Origin: Nitrospiraceae bacterium
Lineage (GTDB): Bacteria > Nitrospirota > Nitrospiria > Nitrospirales > Nitrospiraceae
Length of the DNA: 64,000 bases
Direction of reading: 5' to 3'
Assembly: GCA_050246315.1 (NCBI GenBank)
Contig: JBFWWG010000002.1
Location: 332,811-396,810 of the forward strand
Position 1 is the stretch's first letter, and each line of letters opens with the position of its first letter. Shown here piece by piece: positions 40,001-48,462 of this stretch. The notes below the pieces were generated by a model. It was not told the DNA's origin and did not search any database. It saw nothing but the letters and a program-made list of their open reading frames with translations. The position numbers were made by a program, and so were the translations under genes.

Positions 40001-40114
40001 GGACGGGTCGAGGAGCAGCTTTCAACCTTGACGCTCACCGTCAAAGATCTAAAGCTCTTGGCCTCTCGTGATGTGAAGGGTCAGCTGGAGCCCCTTGAAG
40101 AAGTCATCAGCTAA
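37076..40114 (+). CDS. dnaE2: Error-prone DNA polymerase III alpha subunit
   Basis: PHP domain FVHLHTHSLYS, ALTDTNGLYG; GRGSAA; LLFERFLN...PDVDLDF; KIDLLG; YSFCKPHS; C-terminal OB fold. Confidence 0.93.
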   Translation: MPATFVHLHTHSLYSPMQGIPTLEALCEAVRAQGQDRLALTDTNGLYGAIRFLDVARDTGLKPIIGAELVHEAWRAVLLAKTPSGYANLCRILSARHCDEAFDFTGTVAQYRAGLVILSDDRAALTAWSQDSDEDLYVELTPGPTMHEAVALSRQSGLPPVATARASFLRPVDYHAHRLLRAIATNSTLSRLCADHCSAPSQWLMPEAVLARYFPHVPAALTNTCRIAKACHTDWDFKETIFPAFRQLSAEAAFETLRTKTYEGARWRYGELSGVVKQRIEKELRVIQEKRYAHYFLVVDEIVRQAPRTCGRGSAAASIVSFCLGITHVDPIRNHLLFERFLNPGRHDPPDVDLDFPWDERPKILEWVFTHYGPRQAAMVANQNTLATRAALREIAKVYGIPAAEIGKTLKLVQRRADFVDMTPGMTVKTWATQVCDTLRLRVPWPEILYWSVQLQGHFRNLGLHPGGVVLVPDEIRRYVPVEISASGWPMIQWEKDQTEEAGLVKIDLLGNRSLAVIRDALAAIARNTGRVIDYATWDPISDPATNELIRRGDTMGCFYIESPATRLLLKKLWTGMPPARRAQADVFEYLVVVSSIIRPAANVFADEFVRRAHGRPYTSLHPVLDDVLAETHGIMVYQEDVMKVAVALGGFTVEDGDQLRKVLSKKHKERQLQDYQRQFYAGAAARGVRQPVIDQIWAMIMSFAGYSFCKPHSASYAQVSFKSAYLRAHYPAEFIAAVVSNQGGYYSTFAYLSEGRRMGLTIHPININASEWTYAGSGKTVRVGLMQIKSLQEDLAKRIIAERRANGPYRSLRDFLDRVQPDLVQAKLLIKAGCFDSIAGELTRPGLLWRLFASQAAKPPGYLPIPAEYSVQQKLAHELELFGFPLSCHPLELFEDVLAHLPHLPAKDLALHVGEEVTVAGWLLTEKIISTKKGEPMEFITFEDQTGLYDATLFPDVYRQYCHLLAPNHAYVVTGRVEEQLSTLTLTVKDLKLLASRDVKGQLEPLEEVIS

Positions 40115-40332
40115 CCGCACACATCGTTGGGAACACGGGGGAGGCATCGTAGGGGTGCACGGGAAATGGCGAAAGGAGCTTGTTCCTCACGGAATATTCC
40201 TCCTTCCTGCTTGAACCGCTTTGGGTAGACTTCGTACTCTCTAGCGGGCGCCGTAGGTAGGTCCTGAAGCTCCTTCCAGATGCGGAGTAGGAGCTGTACA
40301 AGAGAACGAAGCGGGCCACACAACGCCTCTGG

Positions 40333-40842
40333 TTATCCCTTGCTCTCATAGCGCCGTATCGCCGCTAACAACTCGCGACGCGGAAGTCTCACCGAGGCAT
40401 CCTGCTCAAGCACACCCAATGCAGTCGCCAGTGCTGTTGCGGTCTGAAGCCCATGGGTATGAATTTGATCCACAACCCAAAGCAGGCCGTGAACTTCAAT
40501 GCCGTGTCGTGTAGCGAGTGTCTTGAGACCGCCGTCACCGGTTACCAAGATGGATTCCTGGTGGCTCTCGGCCAGTGCAAAGGCAAATCCGTCATGAATG
40601 GAGAGTCGTGGCTTGGCGCGAATGACTTCCTGCGCGCGCAGCACCCCTGGACCGGGTATATCGATCACCTTCAGTCCGCCCTCGACCAAGGCTTCCTTCT
40701 GAGCGGCGGTGAATTTTAGCAGCTCCTCTTCGAACAGTGTGTTGGGAATGCAGATCTCGTATGGCAGGCTCAAGAACGCATCGAGCAATGAAGCCTTCCT
40801 GAGATCGATTAAACAACTGCTGTCACTGACGATGATCCTCAT
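40333..40842 (-). CDS. PIN-domain protein
   Basis: IIVSDSSCLIDL...EELL...LSIHD...ILVTGDGGL...HGLLW; overlaps the upstream gene. Confidence 0.85.
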   Translation of the reverse strand: MRIIVSDSSCLIDLRKASLLDAFLSLPYEICIPNTLFEEELLKFTAAQKEALVEGGLKVIDIPGPGVLRAQEVIRAKPRLSIHDGFAFALAESHQESILVTGDGGLKTLATRHGIEVHGLLWVVDQIHTHGLQTATALATALGVLEQDASVRLPRRELLAAIRRYESKG

Positions 40843-41920
40843 CCGCGTGCGGCCCCTTCAGGCCCGCCTCCACATCAGGGACGGGAAGCCGCAACAACTC
40901 GGCAGCCTTCGTCAGTGAAATCAATCCTTCCGCCAGGGCGCGGTAGCACAGGCGCTCAAAGCGTCGTGGCCGTTCCCATTGCCCGCGCTCGGATTCGAGC
41001 TCAAGTTCCTCCGGCTCGTGCGTTCGCCACCCGCGTGCGATTCCCTGGAACGCGTAGACCAGCGTGGGCTCGCTAATGACGTTCAGTTGGCGGAGTCGCA
41101 TGAGGAGCGCGGCGCCGCTGACGCGATACATTCGCTTCAGATCAATCAGTTCCCGGTATCCTAAGGCATGGCGATGTTTGCCGACCTCGAGCAAGAGGTG
41201 CTCGCGCGTCATCATGAGGGCGCCCGCGAAGATCGTACCGGCCTTTTCCTCGTCCTTGTCCGACAGGCTCTCAGGGTCGATGAGTCGATGCGCCAGTTCG
41301 TGCGCCAGCGTCAGGCGTCTGCGTTCGAGCGAAAAGCAGCTGTTCACCACGATGACGGGCAGTTTCCACTCGCGGTCAGCCCGCCCCACTAGACAGGTGA
41401 ACCCGGAGATGCGGTCCGAAAGCGGGACCACCAGGACCTTGAGGCCCTTCTCCTCAAGCAACTCCGTCATGTTGGGAATCGGGTCGAGACCAAGTTTCCA
41501 GGCGCTGCGCACGTCGCGGGCCAACTGCTCTGCGTCCTCCACTCTCCGGAGCTTTCGAGGGCTCGACATGGGGCTCTGCCAGTGCGTACTGTCGAGTTCC
41601 AGGATGGATTCCACCTGCAAGTAGCGCTCGATCCATTCGAGCACTTCCGTCTCCACGTGTGCCCGATCGCGCGCGGTGGTGTTCGCCTTCTTCCTAAACT
41701 CGACGCCGGTTAGTTGAATGCCCTGCGTGTCGAGCAGATAGGCCACGGACACCTTGAGAGCCGCGGCAAGCGCAAGCAGGACACCAGAGCTTGGGACGTC
41801 TTCACCCCGCTCGTACTTGCCGATAGCCTGTGCCGTGACCTTATCCCCCATCGCAGAAGAGAGGCCACGGAGCGATAGCCCAGCTTTTCGCCTGGCGACT
41901 CTGATGCGGTCTCCGATCAT
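40823..41920 (-). CDS. XRE HTH fused to an ImmA/IrrE Zn metallopeptidase
   Basis: IGDRIRVARRKAGLSLR...IGKYERG HTH; ERRRLTLAHELAH (HExxH); YRVSGAA. Confidence 0.92.
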   Translation of the reverse strand: MIGDRIRVARRKAGLSLRGLSSAMGDKVTAQAIGKYERGEDVPSSGVLLALAAALKVSVAYLLDTQGIQLTGVEFRKKANTTARDRAHVETEVLEWIERYLQVESILELDSTHWQSPMSSPRKLRRVEDAEQLARDVRSAWKLGLDPIPNMTELLEEKGLKVLVVPLSDRISGFTCLVGRADREWKLPVIVVNSCFSLERRRLTLAHELAHRLIDPESLSDKDEEKAGTIFAGALMMTREHLLLEVGKHRHALGYRELIDLKRMYRVSGAALLMRLRQLNVISEPTLVYAFQGIARGWRTHEPEELELESERGQWERPRRFERLCYRALAEGLISLTKAAELLRLPVPDVEAGLKGPHADEDHRQ

Positions 41921-41932
41921 TTTCCCTCCGTG

Positions 41933-41968
41933 GTTTACACTTGCATATCATTCGTATGTATTGTAAAC
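41933..41968. promoter_or_regulatory. Inverted repeat in the divergent promoter region between XRE-IrrE and CBASS
   Basis: GTTTACA...TGTAAAC arms with inner TGCATA/TATGTA; AT-rich. Confidence 0.55.
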
Positions 41969-42033
41969 TGACCCCATGAGCAATGCAAGCGGATTCCAGT
42001 TGGGAGCTTTTACGCTATGAGTGAGCCCATCAC

Positions 42034-42912
42034 ATGAGCAATCCCGCAGGCGTGGCGCGTCAGTGCCGGCTGCCTCATAAAGACTTCACTCCGGCCTGGA
42101 CGTCGATCAAGCTGGATGCGGGTGTCCGCGAGCGCCTGCTCGCCCAGGCCCTCCTTTCACTCACGGTGCGCCAGCAGCTCCCGTTCGCCGAGGCCCCGAT
42201 CCACGGCCTGATCCTCCTGACCGGCGCACCCGGGACGGGCAAAACGACACTGGCTCGAGGGCTGGCCAACCAGATTGCCGAGCGCCTTCCAGAAACCAAG
42301 ACCACGTTTGCTGAGATCGATCCGCACGCTCTGACCAGCTCGGCCCTCGGTCGCAGTCAACAGGCTGTCGCCAAGCTATTCGAACAGACGATTCCCGAAC
42401 TGGGGATGGATGGCGTCGCGATCGTGCTGCTCGATGAGGTGGAGACCCTCGCCGTTTCCCGCCATCGCCTCAGCCTTGAGGCCAATCCCATCGATGTCCA
42501 CCGGGCCACGGATGCGGCCTTAGCTGGCATGGACCGGCTCTCACGCGACCACCGTAACATCCTGATCATCGCGACGACTAATTTTCCGGACGCGCTCGAC
42601 GCCGCGGTCCTGTCTCGCGCCGACCATGTCGAGGAGATTGGTCTTCCGAACGCGATCGCCCGCTCAGAGATCATTGCCGATACGCTGAGATCGGTCGGCA
42701 GTGTGTGGAGAAACGTGAAGGCTCTCGAAGCGCAGGCAGACCGTTTGGCGAAAGCGGCTGATGGCCTCGATGGCCGGCGCATCCGCAAGGGGATTTTCGC
42801 CGCGATGGCCTCCGACATTGAGACCGCCAAGGATCCCAACCGGCTTACGGTCTCTCAGATCGAATCCTCGTTCCGGCGGGCCCTGAAGGCCCAGAAGGGA
42901 TTAAGCCAATGA
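42034..42912 (+). CDS. cap6: CBASS Trip13/Pch2-like AAA+ ATPase
   Basis: HGLILLTGAPGTGKTTLARGLA, LLDEVETLA, ANPIDVHRATDA, ATTNFP..LD.A..SRAD. Confidence 0.9.
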   Translation: MSNPAGVARQCRLPHKDFTPAWTSIKLDAGVRERLLAQALLSLTVRQQLPFAEAPIHGLILLTGAPGTGKTTLARGLANQIAERLPETKTTFAEIDPHALTSSALGRSQQAVAKLFEQTIPELGMDGVAIVLLDEVETLAVSRHRLSLEANPIDVHRATDAALAGMDRLSRDHRNILIIATTNFPDALDAAVLSRADHVEEIGLPNAIARSEIIADTLRSVGSVWRNVKALEAQADRLAKAADGLDGRRIRKGIFAAMASDIETAKDPNRLTVSQIESSFRRALKAQKGLSQ

Positions 42913-43376
42913 GAGTGCGGCGCGACATCAGTTCCATCCCTCACCGTTCCGCGACCGAGACATGGCAGCAGATTATCAGTCTCGTTACTGGCGTGGATTC
43001 TCGCGACATCCAGCAGCTGAAGGCCGCCAGCGGGGTCATGGGCTCGCTGATTACCGACGAGCACCCGGCGACTCGTCCCATTGTGCTCGAGGGAGTTGGC
43101 CCTCAGCTTCGCATCTACTGCCGGTATGGCATGGAGGCGATCGAGGAAGGAAGCGCGGTGGATTCTTTAGGCTGGAACCCAACCGCCGGGGACTGGACCA
43201 TGCACGTCCCCTGCGCCCTCGAGGACATGGCATGGGTCACAGCGTCACTGGCGAAGACGTCGCCCCGCATACGGGTGTTCGACGTGGCCGAAGAGGAGCG
43301 GGCTGAGACCGAGGAATGCAGCGCAGCCGGTAAGGCGAGCAGTCCCATCGTCGTTGATTGGAACTTGAAAGGATAA
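42909..43376 (+). CDS. cap8: CBASS HORMA-domain protein (HORMA3-like)
   Basis: SIPHRSATETWQQI...GVMGSLITDE.P...PIV..GVGP..RIYC...W.PT.GDW...PC.....WV...L....PRI, as I recall for Pseudomonas HORMA3. Confidence 0.8.
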   Translation: MRVRRDISSIPHRSATETWQQIISLVTGVDSRDIQQLKAASGVMGSLITDEHPATRPIVLEGVGPQLRIYCRYGMEAIEEGSAVDSLGWNPTAGDWTMHVPCALEDMAWVTASLAKTSPRIRVFDVAEEERAETEECSAAGKASSPIVVDWNLKG

Positions 43377-43377
43377 C

Positions 43378-43884
43378 ATGACAGTCGCGTACGCGCATAC
43401 CACGACCTATACGCAGACCCACAGCATTGTCTTTCTCAGCGACAACCTTCGCAACACGCTCCGCGAGGTGATCCGCGAGAATGGCCTCAGCCCTGAAAAG
43501 CTGATGCAGGATTGGGAGACGATCGAACGCGGCATCCGGACGTGGCTGCGCAGCGGGCACCTGACGAACGTCGTAGTCGAATTCTTCAGGCCAGGCGCGA
43601 CCGCAGTCGCAGCACGCTGGGAATTTCCTGTTGGCTACTCTGGCTCAGGGGTTGACGACGATATGTGGCTGGACAAGAACTATCTCCGGCAGCTCATTGC
43701 GAAGGCAAGACGACCGACGAACGACTGCATCTATCGTATTGTGCTCTGCACGAGCGATGGGGCGCCCTGGGTGGAGGGCCTTTGCGAGTGTACCTTTCTG
43801 TCAACGAGCCATCTTTCGGCACGACAGGCCGGCACGGTGATCGCTACGGGCCACATGACAGCAGGCGTCACGTACTGGAGGTAG
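43378..43884 (+). CDS. cap7: CBASS HORMA-domain protein (HORMA2-like)
   Basis: THSIVFLSDNL...GLSPE...W....RGIRTWL..G.L..V..E....RWEF.V.Y...WLD...YWR, as I recall for Pseudomonas HORMA2. Confidence 0.85.
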   Translation: MTVAYAHTTTYTQTHSIVFLSDNLRNTLREVIRENGLSPEKLMQDWETIERGIRTWLRSGHLTNVVVEFFRPGATAVAARWEFPVGYSGSGVDDDMWLDKNYLRQLIAKARRPTNDCIYRIVLCTSDGAPWVEGLCECTFLSTSHLSARQAGTVIATGHMTAGVTYWR

Positions 43885-43890
43885 GGAGCC

Positions 43891-44781
43891 ATGCTGACCA
43901 CCACGCAGGCTTTCGACAAATTCCGGCAGCGCCTCGAGTTGAGTGAGACCGAGAAGAACGATGCCGTGAACCGGCAACAGGATGTGCGGGACTGCATTCG
44001 GTCATCCTTTGACCTGACACGGGATTTTCTCTCCGGTTCGTACAGCCGCCATACCAAGACCAAACCGTTGAAAGACGTGGACGTGATGTTCGTCCTCGGC
44101 CCGAAGGAGCGTTGGCGGCGCGAGAAGCCCGCAATTGAGACGCTGCAGGCGTTCGAGAAGTGTCTGAAGCAGAAGTATGTCGAACCGGGGCAGGTGGAGA
44201 TAGGGCGACGCTCGGTCACGGTGGAATTCGAGAAGACCTACTATCCCGAGGAGCATGACGGAAAGGTACTGAGCATCGACTCGGTCCCTGCATTTGAGTC
44301 CGGTAAAGACGAGTACGAAATCCCTGACAAGATCACCGGGACCTGGATTAAGACGAATCCGGAAGTGCACCAGGAACGCTCGACGGCCAAGAACAAGGAA
44401 CTGAACGGGCGGTGGGTGCCACTCGTGAAGATGGCAAAAGGCTGGAACCGAACGAGTGGCAAGCCGATTAAGCCCTCGTTCCTCGTTGAGGTCATGGCCC
44501 TGGAGCTCGTGGAAACGCCGTTTTCAAACTACCCCGACGAGATCCGTAACCTCTTTGCTGCGATGGAGGCCAACATCAGCCGAACGTGGCCGGATCCAGC
44601 CGGTCTGGGCCCTCCTGTGTCTGACCAGATGACAGCAACCCTCATCGTCGCCGCGAGAAAAGCGCTGCAGGAGGCGCAGCGCAAGGCCACGCTCGCGCGA
44701 CGGGCTGAGGAGAGCGGCCGCCAGGGCGAGAGTCTACGTATCTGGCGTGAGATTCTCGGCGAATATTTTCCCCTCTCGTAA
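43891..44781 (+). CDS. cdnD: CBASS CD-NTase (CdnD-like cyclic oligonucleotide synthase)
   Basis: AFDKFRQRLEL...FLSGSYSRHTKTKPLKDVDV...SIDSVPAF...WIKTNP...LVKMAKGWN...KPIKPSFLVE...WPDPAGLGPPVS. Confidence 0.92.
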   Translation: MLTTTQAFDKFRQRLELSETEKNDAVNRQQDVRDCIRSSFDLTRDFLSGSYSRHTKTKPLKDVDVMFVLGPKERWRREKPAIETLQAFEKCLKQKYVEPGQVEIGRRSVTVEFEKTYYPEEHDGKVLSIDSVPAFESGKDEYEIPDKITGTWIKTNPEVHQERSTAKNKELNGRWVPLVKMAKGWNRTSGKPIKPSFLVEVMALELVETPFSNYPDEIRNLFAAMEANISRTWPDPAGLGPPVSDQMTATLIVAARKALQEAQRKATLARRAEESGRQGESLRIWREILGEYFPLS

Positions 44782-44793
44782 ACGGGTTGATGA

Positions 44794-45516
44794 ATGAACA
44801 CCTGGTCGCTCTCGAAACTACTGGCGAATCTCCACGACGACATCGAGCACCGACTCGCGCGCGCCCGGGAGTCGTTCGGGCACTCGACGACCAAGGGTGA
44901 CGCCAGTGAGCACGTGTGGCTTGAGCTACTACAAAAGTACCTCCCCAAGCGCTATCAGGCCAAGAAGGCTCATGTCGTCGACAGCGAGGGGGTTTTCAGT
45001 CAGCAGATCGACGTCGTGATCTTCGACCGGCAGTACTCGCCGTTTATCTTCGACTACGAAGGTCAGATCGTCGTCCCTGCCGAGAGCGTCTATGGCGTGT
45101 TCGAAGCGAAGCAGGCCATCAATGCGGGCGAGGTGGAGTATGCTCAGATTAAGGTCGAGAGCGTGCGCAAACTCCACCGCACTAGCCTGCCGATTCCTCA
45201 CGCCGGCGGGACCTATCCACCGAAACCGTTGCCGCATATCCTGGCCGGGCTGCTGACATTTGAGAGCGACTGGAGCCCGGCGCTTGGGAAGCCGCTGACC
45301 GACGCCTTGGAGCGAGGCCAAGGGGATGGCCGTCTGGATCTCGGTTGTGTGGCGGCGCATGGGACATTTGGTTGGGACATGGCCGGGTGTTACACCATCA
45401 CGCCCCAGGGAAAGCCCGCGACCGGGTTTCTGCTGGAGCTCATCGCACGACTCCAGAGCAGCGCAACCGTTCCGATGATCGACGTCCGGGCCTACGCCAA
45501 ATGGCTTGCGACCTGA
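44794..45516 (+). CDS. nucC: CBASS effector endonuclease NucC
   Basis: WSLSKLLANLHDDIE...GHSTTKGDASE..W...YLPKRY...SQQIDVVIFDRQYSPFIF...PAESVY.VFEAKQ...VPMIDVRAYAKWL. Confidence 0.95.
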   Translation: MNTWSLSKLLANLHDDIEHRLARARESFGHSTTKGDASEHVWLELLQKYLPKRYQAKKAHVVDSEGVFSQQIDVVIFDRQYSPFIFDYEGQIVVPAESVYGVFEAKQAINAGEVEYAQIKVESVRKLHRTSLPIPHAGGTYPPKPLPHILAGLLTFESDWSPALGKPLTDALERGQGDGRLDLGCVAAHGTFGWDMAGCYTITPQGKPATGFLLELIARLQSSATVPMIDVRAYAKWLAT

Positions 45517-45748
45517 ATTGACGGTCGATCGCCTTCCTCCACCGTGCAATCAGATACCAGTACATTTGGAAATTCGTGAATAATTCCACTTGTGTCGGGA
45601 TCGTGGCCCCGAATTGCTAGTCGGAGTGCGAAAACTCAAACCGCATATCGTGCGCGCAATTTTCAGGAAAGAGTCCAAGACAATCATGTACCATTAACGG
45701 GCCACATTGTCCGGAATTTGGACACAAGTTCTGAGCAGGACAACAGCC

Positions 45749-46645
45749 ATGCCCATGTCACCACTTGTTCGCTTCGGCAGCTCCACCTGGACCTACGAGG
45801 GTTGGCAAGGCCAGGTCTACAAACGGACGTACGCCAAGAGCCGCTTTGCGTCGGAGAGCTTAGGTGAATACTGCCAGTACCAGTACCACAGCGAACCGCT
45901 GTTCCGAACGGTCGGCAACGACAGCACCTTCTATCGCCCCCCGACACCCAATCAGCTCCGTCGCTATCTCAACCAGATTCCTGAAGACTTCGAAATGTGC
46001 TGCAAGGTATGGGAAGAGATCACGATTCCAAGTTATGCGAAACAGGCGCGGTACGGAGCAAAGGCAGGCCAGGCCAACCCTAGGTTCCTGGATGCGACGC
46101 TGTTCAACGACCTGGTGCTCGCGCCATACCGGGAGGTGAAGTTCGAACCCCATGCTGGACCGTTCATCTTCGAGTTTCAGCGCCACGGGATGTCCTTAGA
46201 AGAGTTCTGCTCACGGCTGGATGGATTCTTCGGGCAGCTCCCCAAAGACTTTCGCTACGCCGTTGAAATCCGTAATGCCGGCCTGCTTGGTCCCGAGTAC
46301 CACAAGCTTCTCGAGTCGCACGGCGTCTCACATGTCTATAACCATTGGAGCTACATGCCGCCATTGGCCGAGCAGCACAAGCACATGGGAAGCTTCACCG
46401 CCGGGTTCACGGTTTTTCGCCTCCTCACGCCGCTCAAGATGTCCTATGAACAGGCCAAGAAGCGAGCCGAACCCTACACGAAGATCATCGAGGAGATCCC
46501 GGAGATGCGGCGGGACACGGTCGAATTGATTCGCCAGGCCGTCAGAGAAGAGCGCAGAGCCTATGTCTTGGTCAACAACCGTGCAGAGGGCAATGCACCG
46601 CTCACTATTCAGGCGCTGGTGGATCGGTTGCACGCCGGAGGTTAA
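45749..46645 (+). CDS. DUF72 (YecE-like) protein
   Basis: VRFGSSTWTYEGW.G.VY, TVGNDSTFYRPP, K...EIT, YAVEIRN, YVLVNNRAEGNAP. Confidence 0.85.
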   Translation: MPMSPLVRFGSSTWTYEGWQGQVYKRTYAKSRFASESLGEYCQYQYHSEPLFRTVGNDSTFYRPPTPNQLRRYLNQIPEDFEMCCKVWEEITIPSYAKQARYGAKAGQANPRFLDATLFNDLVLAPYREVKFEPHAGPFIFEFQRHGMSLEEFCSRLDGFFGQLPKDFRYAVEIRNAGLLGPEYHKLLESHGVSHVYNHWSYMPPLAEQHKHMGSFTAGFTVFRLLTPLKMSYEQAKKRAEPYTKIIEEIPEMRRDTVELIRQAVREERRAYVLVNNRAEGNAPLTIQALVDRLHAGG

Positions 46646-46830
46646 GAACAAGGTGAGCTAGCCGGTGCCCTCCCCTATCAGCGGATGCGCTGTTAGCCGA
46701 AAGACGTCTTTCCACAACCCATCGCTGTTTAAGCCAGTTCCCGAAACACTTCCGTCTCCCGCTTACTGAAACAGCCGCGATCACTTCAGGAGCGGTTGGT
46801 TGCGTGATCACCACAACATCTTTCCCGCAT

Positions 46831-47367
46831 ATGACTATGACACCCACTGCTCCCGAGACTCCTCAGGCGGACCTGTATCGTCGTTCGGCCAGAAAAGCTC
46901 CATCTGCCAAGCCACAGACAGGCCAACATGTCTATGCAATTCCCCGCTACCGGGTAATGCTGGTGAAGGAGAGTCTGGCACACCCCTCATCCGCCAAGAT
47001 CATGGATTCCCAGAACGCGTACCGGCTGCTTGAGCCCCTCTTCGATGGACTCGATCGCGAGCATTTCATGGTCGTAGCCCTTGACGCGAAGCATTCCGTC
47101 ATCGGCATCAACACCGTCAGCATCGGATCGGTCACGATGAGCATCGTCCACCCCCGCGAAGTCTTCAAGCCGCTGATCCTCATGAACGCGAGCGCCGTCA
47201 TCCTGGCCCACAACCATCCCAGCGGCGATGCGACTCCCAGTCAAGAAGATCGCGTCCTGACCCAGCGTCTCAAAGACGGTGGCGAGTTGCTCGGCATCAG
47301 AGTGCTGGACCATGTTGTGCTGGGCGAGGCCCGGTACTACAGCCTCGCCGACCATCAAGAACTGTAG
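46831..47367 (+). CDS. radC: RadC-like JAB-domain protein
   Basis: DREHFMVVALDAK...SIVHPREVFK...AVILAHNHPSGDATPSQED...LLGIRVLDHVVLG. Confidence 0.92.
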   Translation: MTMTPTAPETPQADLYRRSARKAPSAKPQTGQHVYAIPRYRVMLVKESLAHPSSAKIMDSQNAYRLLEPLFDGLDREHFMVVALDAKHSVIGINTVSIGSVTMSIVHPREVFKPLILMNASAVILAHNHPSGDATPSQEDRVLTQRLKDGGELLGIRVLDHVVLGEARYYSLADHQEL

Positions 47368-47418
47368 GGAGAATGAGTGCTCACCCTCAGTCCCCACTCT
47401 TCTGATGCTGGCGGCAGG

Positions 47419-47778
47419 CTAGCGGTGACGGTCGGGAAAGGTGTTGAGGGGTCCGAAAGGGGTGTTGGGATTGTAGCGATTGATGGGATTCAGCGGGTTG
47501 TTCGGGTTGACTTCATTGATCGGATTGAAGGGATTGTTGGGGTTGAAACGATTGATCGGATTTGCGGGATTCCCGGGATCGACGCTGTTGATGGGGTTGA
47601 AGGGGTTGTTGGGGTCCACCGAATTGATTGGGTTAAGGGGATTGTCCGGGCGCAGTTGGTTGATCGGGTTGAAGATGTTGTAGTCCCGCTCGTACTTCTC
47701 GTCGAAGCCGAATTCGGCCCACGCCGGCGAGACCACGAGAAACATCGTCCCAATGAACAGAAAGAGGACCGTCCGCAT
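47419..47778 (-). CDS. Small secreted protein made of 12-aa Asn/Pro repeats
   Basis: SD GGAGG, a signal peptide, then six NPINxxxPxNP(L/F/A)-type units. Confidence 0.75.
   Translation of the reverse strand: MRTVLFLFIGTMFLVVSPAWAEFGFDEKYERDYNIFNPINQLRPDNPLNPINSVDPNNPFNPINSVDPGNPANPINRFNPNNPFNPINEVNPNNPLNPINRYNPNTPFGPLNTFPDRHR
47444..47677 (-). repeat. Degenerate 36-bp coding tandem repeat (about 6 copies)
   Basis: The amino-acid repeat is conserved while third codon positions vary. Confidence 0.75.
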
Positions 47779-48400
47779 GATGGACCTCCGCGCTAGCAGA
47801 GTGCACATCAATATTATACGCCCTTAAGGGTCGACCTGGCACTGAAGTCCATGTGCCCATCTCGGCGCCACCAGCCCCTCGCTGGAGCAACGGCGCGTCG
47901 GAAGGATCAATACTGCTCCCACGCCTCATCTTCCGAAACACCCACGGCGGCATGGGGTTCGAGTCTCGCCAAAGCCCGGCTCTAGCCGCTCTCGCATCCG
48001 CCTCCAGTTTCTCCAGAGTCACATTGTCGGGTGCGTACTTTCGGTACCACCAGCACCACCCCCGCCGAACCAATTCCTGGTTTAGATTCACGCCGTCAGG
48101 CAGGATCACGTCGGCGATGGTTCGACCGTACTTATCCAGCCCGTGCGCCTGCACAGTGACGTGCTTGCCAAAGGCAAGCTGGGATGTGGCCTGCTTCGCC
48201 GCGCCGCCAAATGCTTGACCCTTCTCGGGGCAGTCGATTCCGTTCAGACGGATGCGTTCGCCGACTCCCTGATGGAGCACAGTGATCGTGTCCCCGTCTG
48301 TGACGCTGACCACTTTACTATACTCCGCGGCAAAAACCACTCTCGGGAGGGTAAGAAGGGAGACGAGGAAGAGAAGGGATATTATATGGCGCGTTTTCAT
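47633..48400 (-). CDS. Exported thermonuclease (SNase-like)
   Basis: VTDGDTITV, IRLNGIDCPE, DKYGRTIADV, ELVRRGW.W.Y, AR..RAGLW..PMPPW. The C-terminal tail overlaps the next gene, so the true end is uncertain. Confidence 0.88.
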   Translation of the reverse strand: MKTRHIISLLFLVSLLTLPRVVFAAEYSKVVSVTDGDTITVLHQGVGERIRLNGIDCPEKGQAFGGAAKQATSQLAFGKHVTVQAHGLDKYGRTIADVILPDGVNLNQELVRRGWCWWYRKYAPDNVTLEKLEADARAARAGLWRDSNPMPPWVFRKMRRGSSIDPSDAPLLQRGAGGAEMGTWTSVPGRPLRAYNIDVHSASAEVHHADGPLSVHWDDVSRGLAGVGRIRLRREVRAGLQHLQPDQPTAPGQSP

Positions 48401-48462
48401 GAAGGCTCCCCGGGCGAAGCCTGACTATCTATTATGAACGCCACCTAATCGCTATATAAGTT

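Noticed and set aside
45708..45724. TGTCC-N7-GGACA dyad upstream of DUF72 as a second site for the LexA-like repressor
   Set aside because: It has only 5-bp arms and does not match the 35295-35319 palindrome.
47444..47677. 36-bp periodic repeat as a possible CRISPR array
   Set aside because: The units are contiguous, degenerate at third codon positions and in-frame in a signal-peptide ORF. There are no spacers and no cas genes.
47633..47900. Thermonuclease C-terminal tail overlapping the repeat gene as a functional overlap
   Set aside because: The tail has no recognisable features. A lost stop codon or an indel is the simpler explanation.
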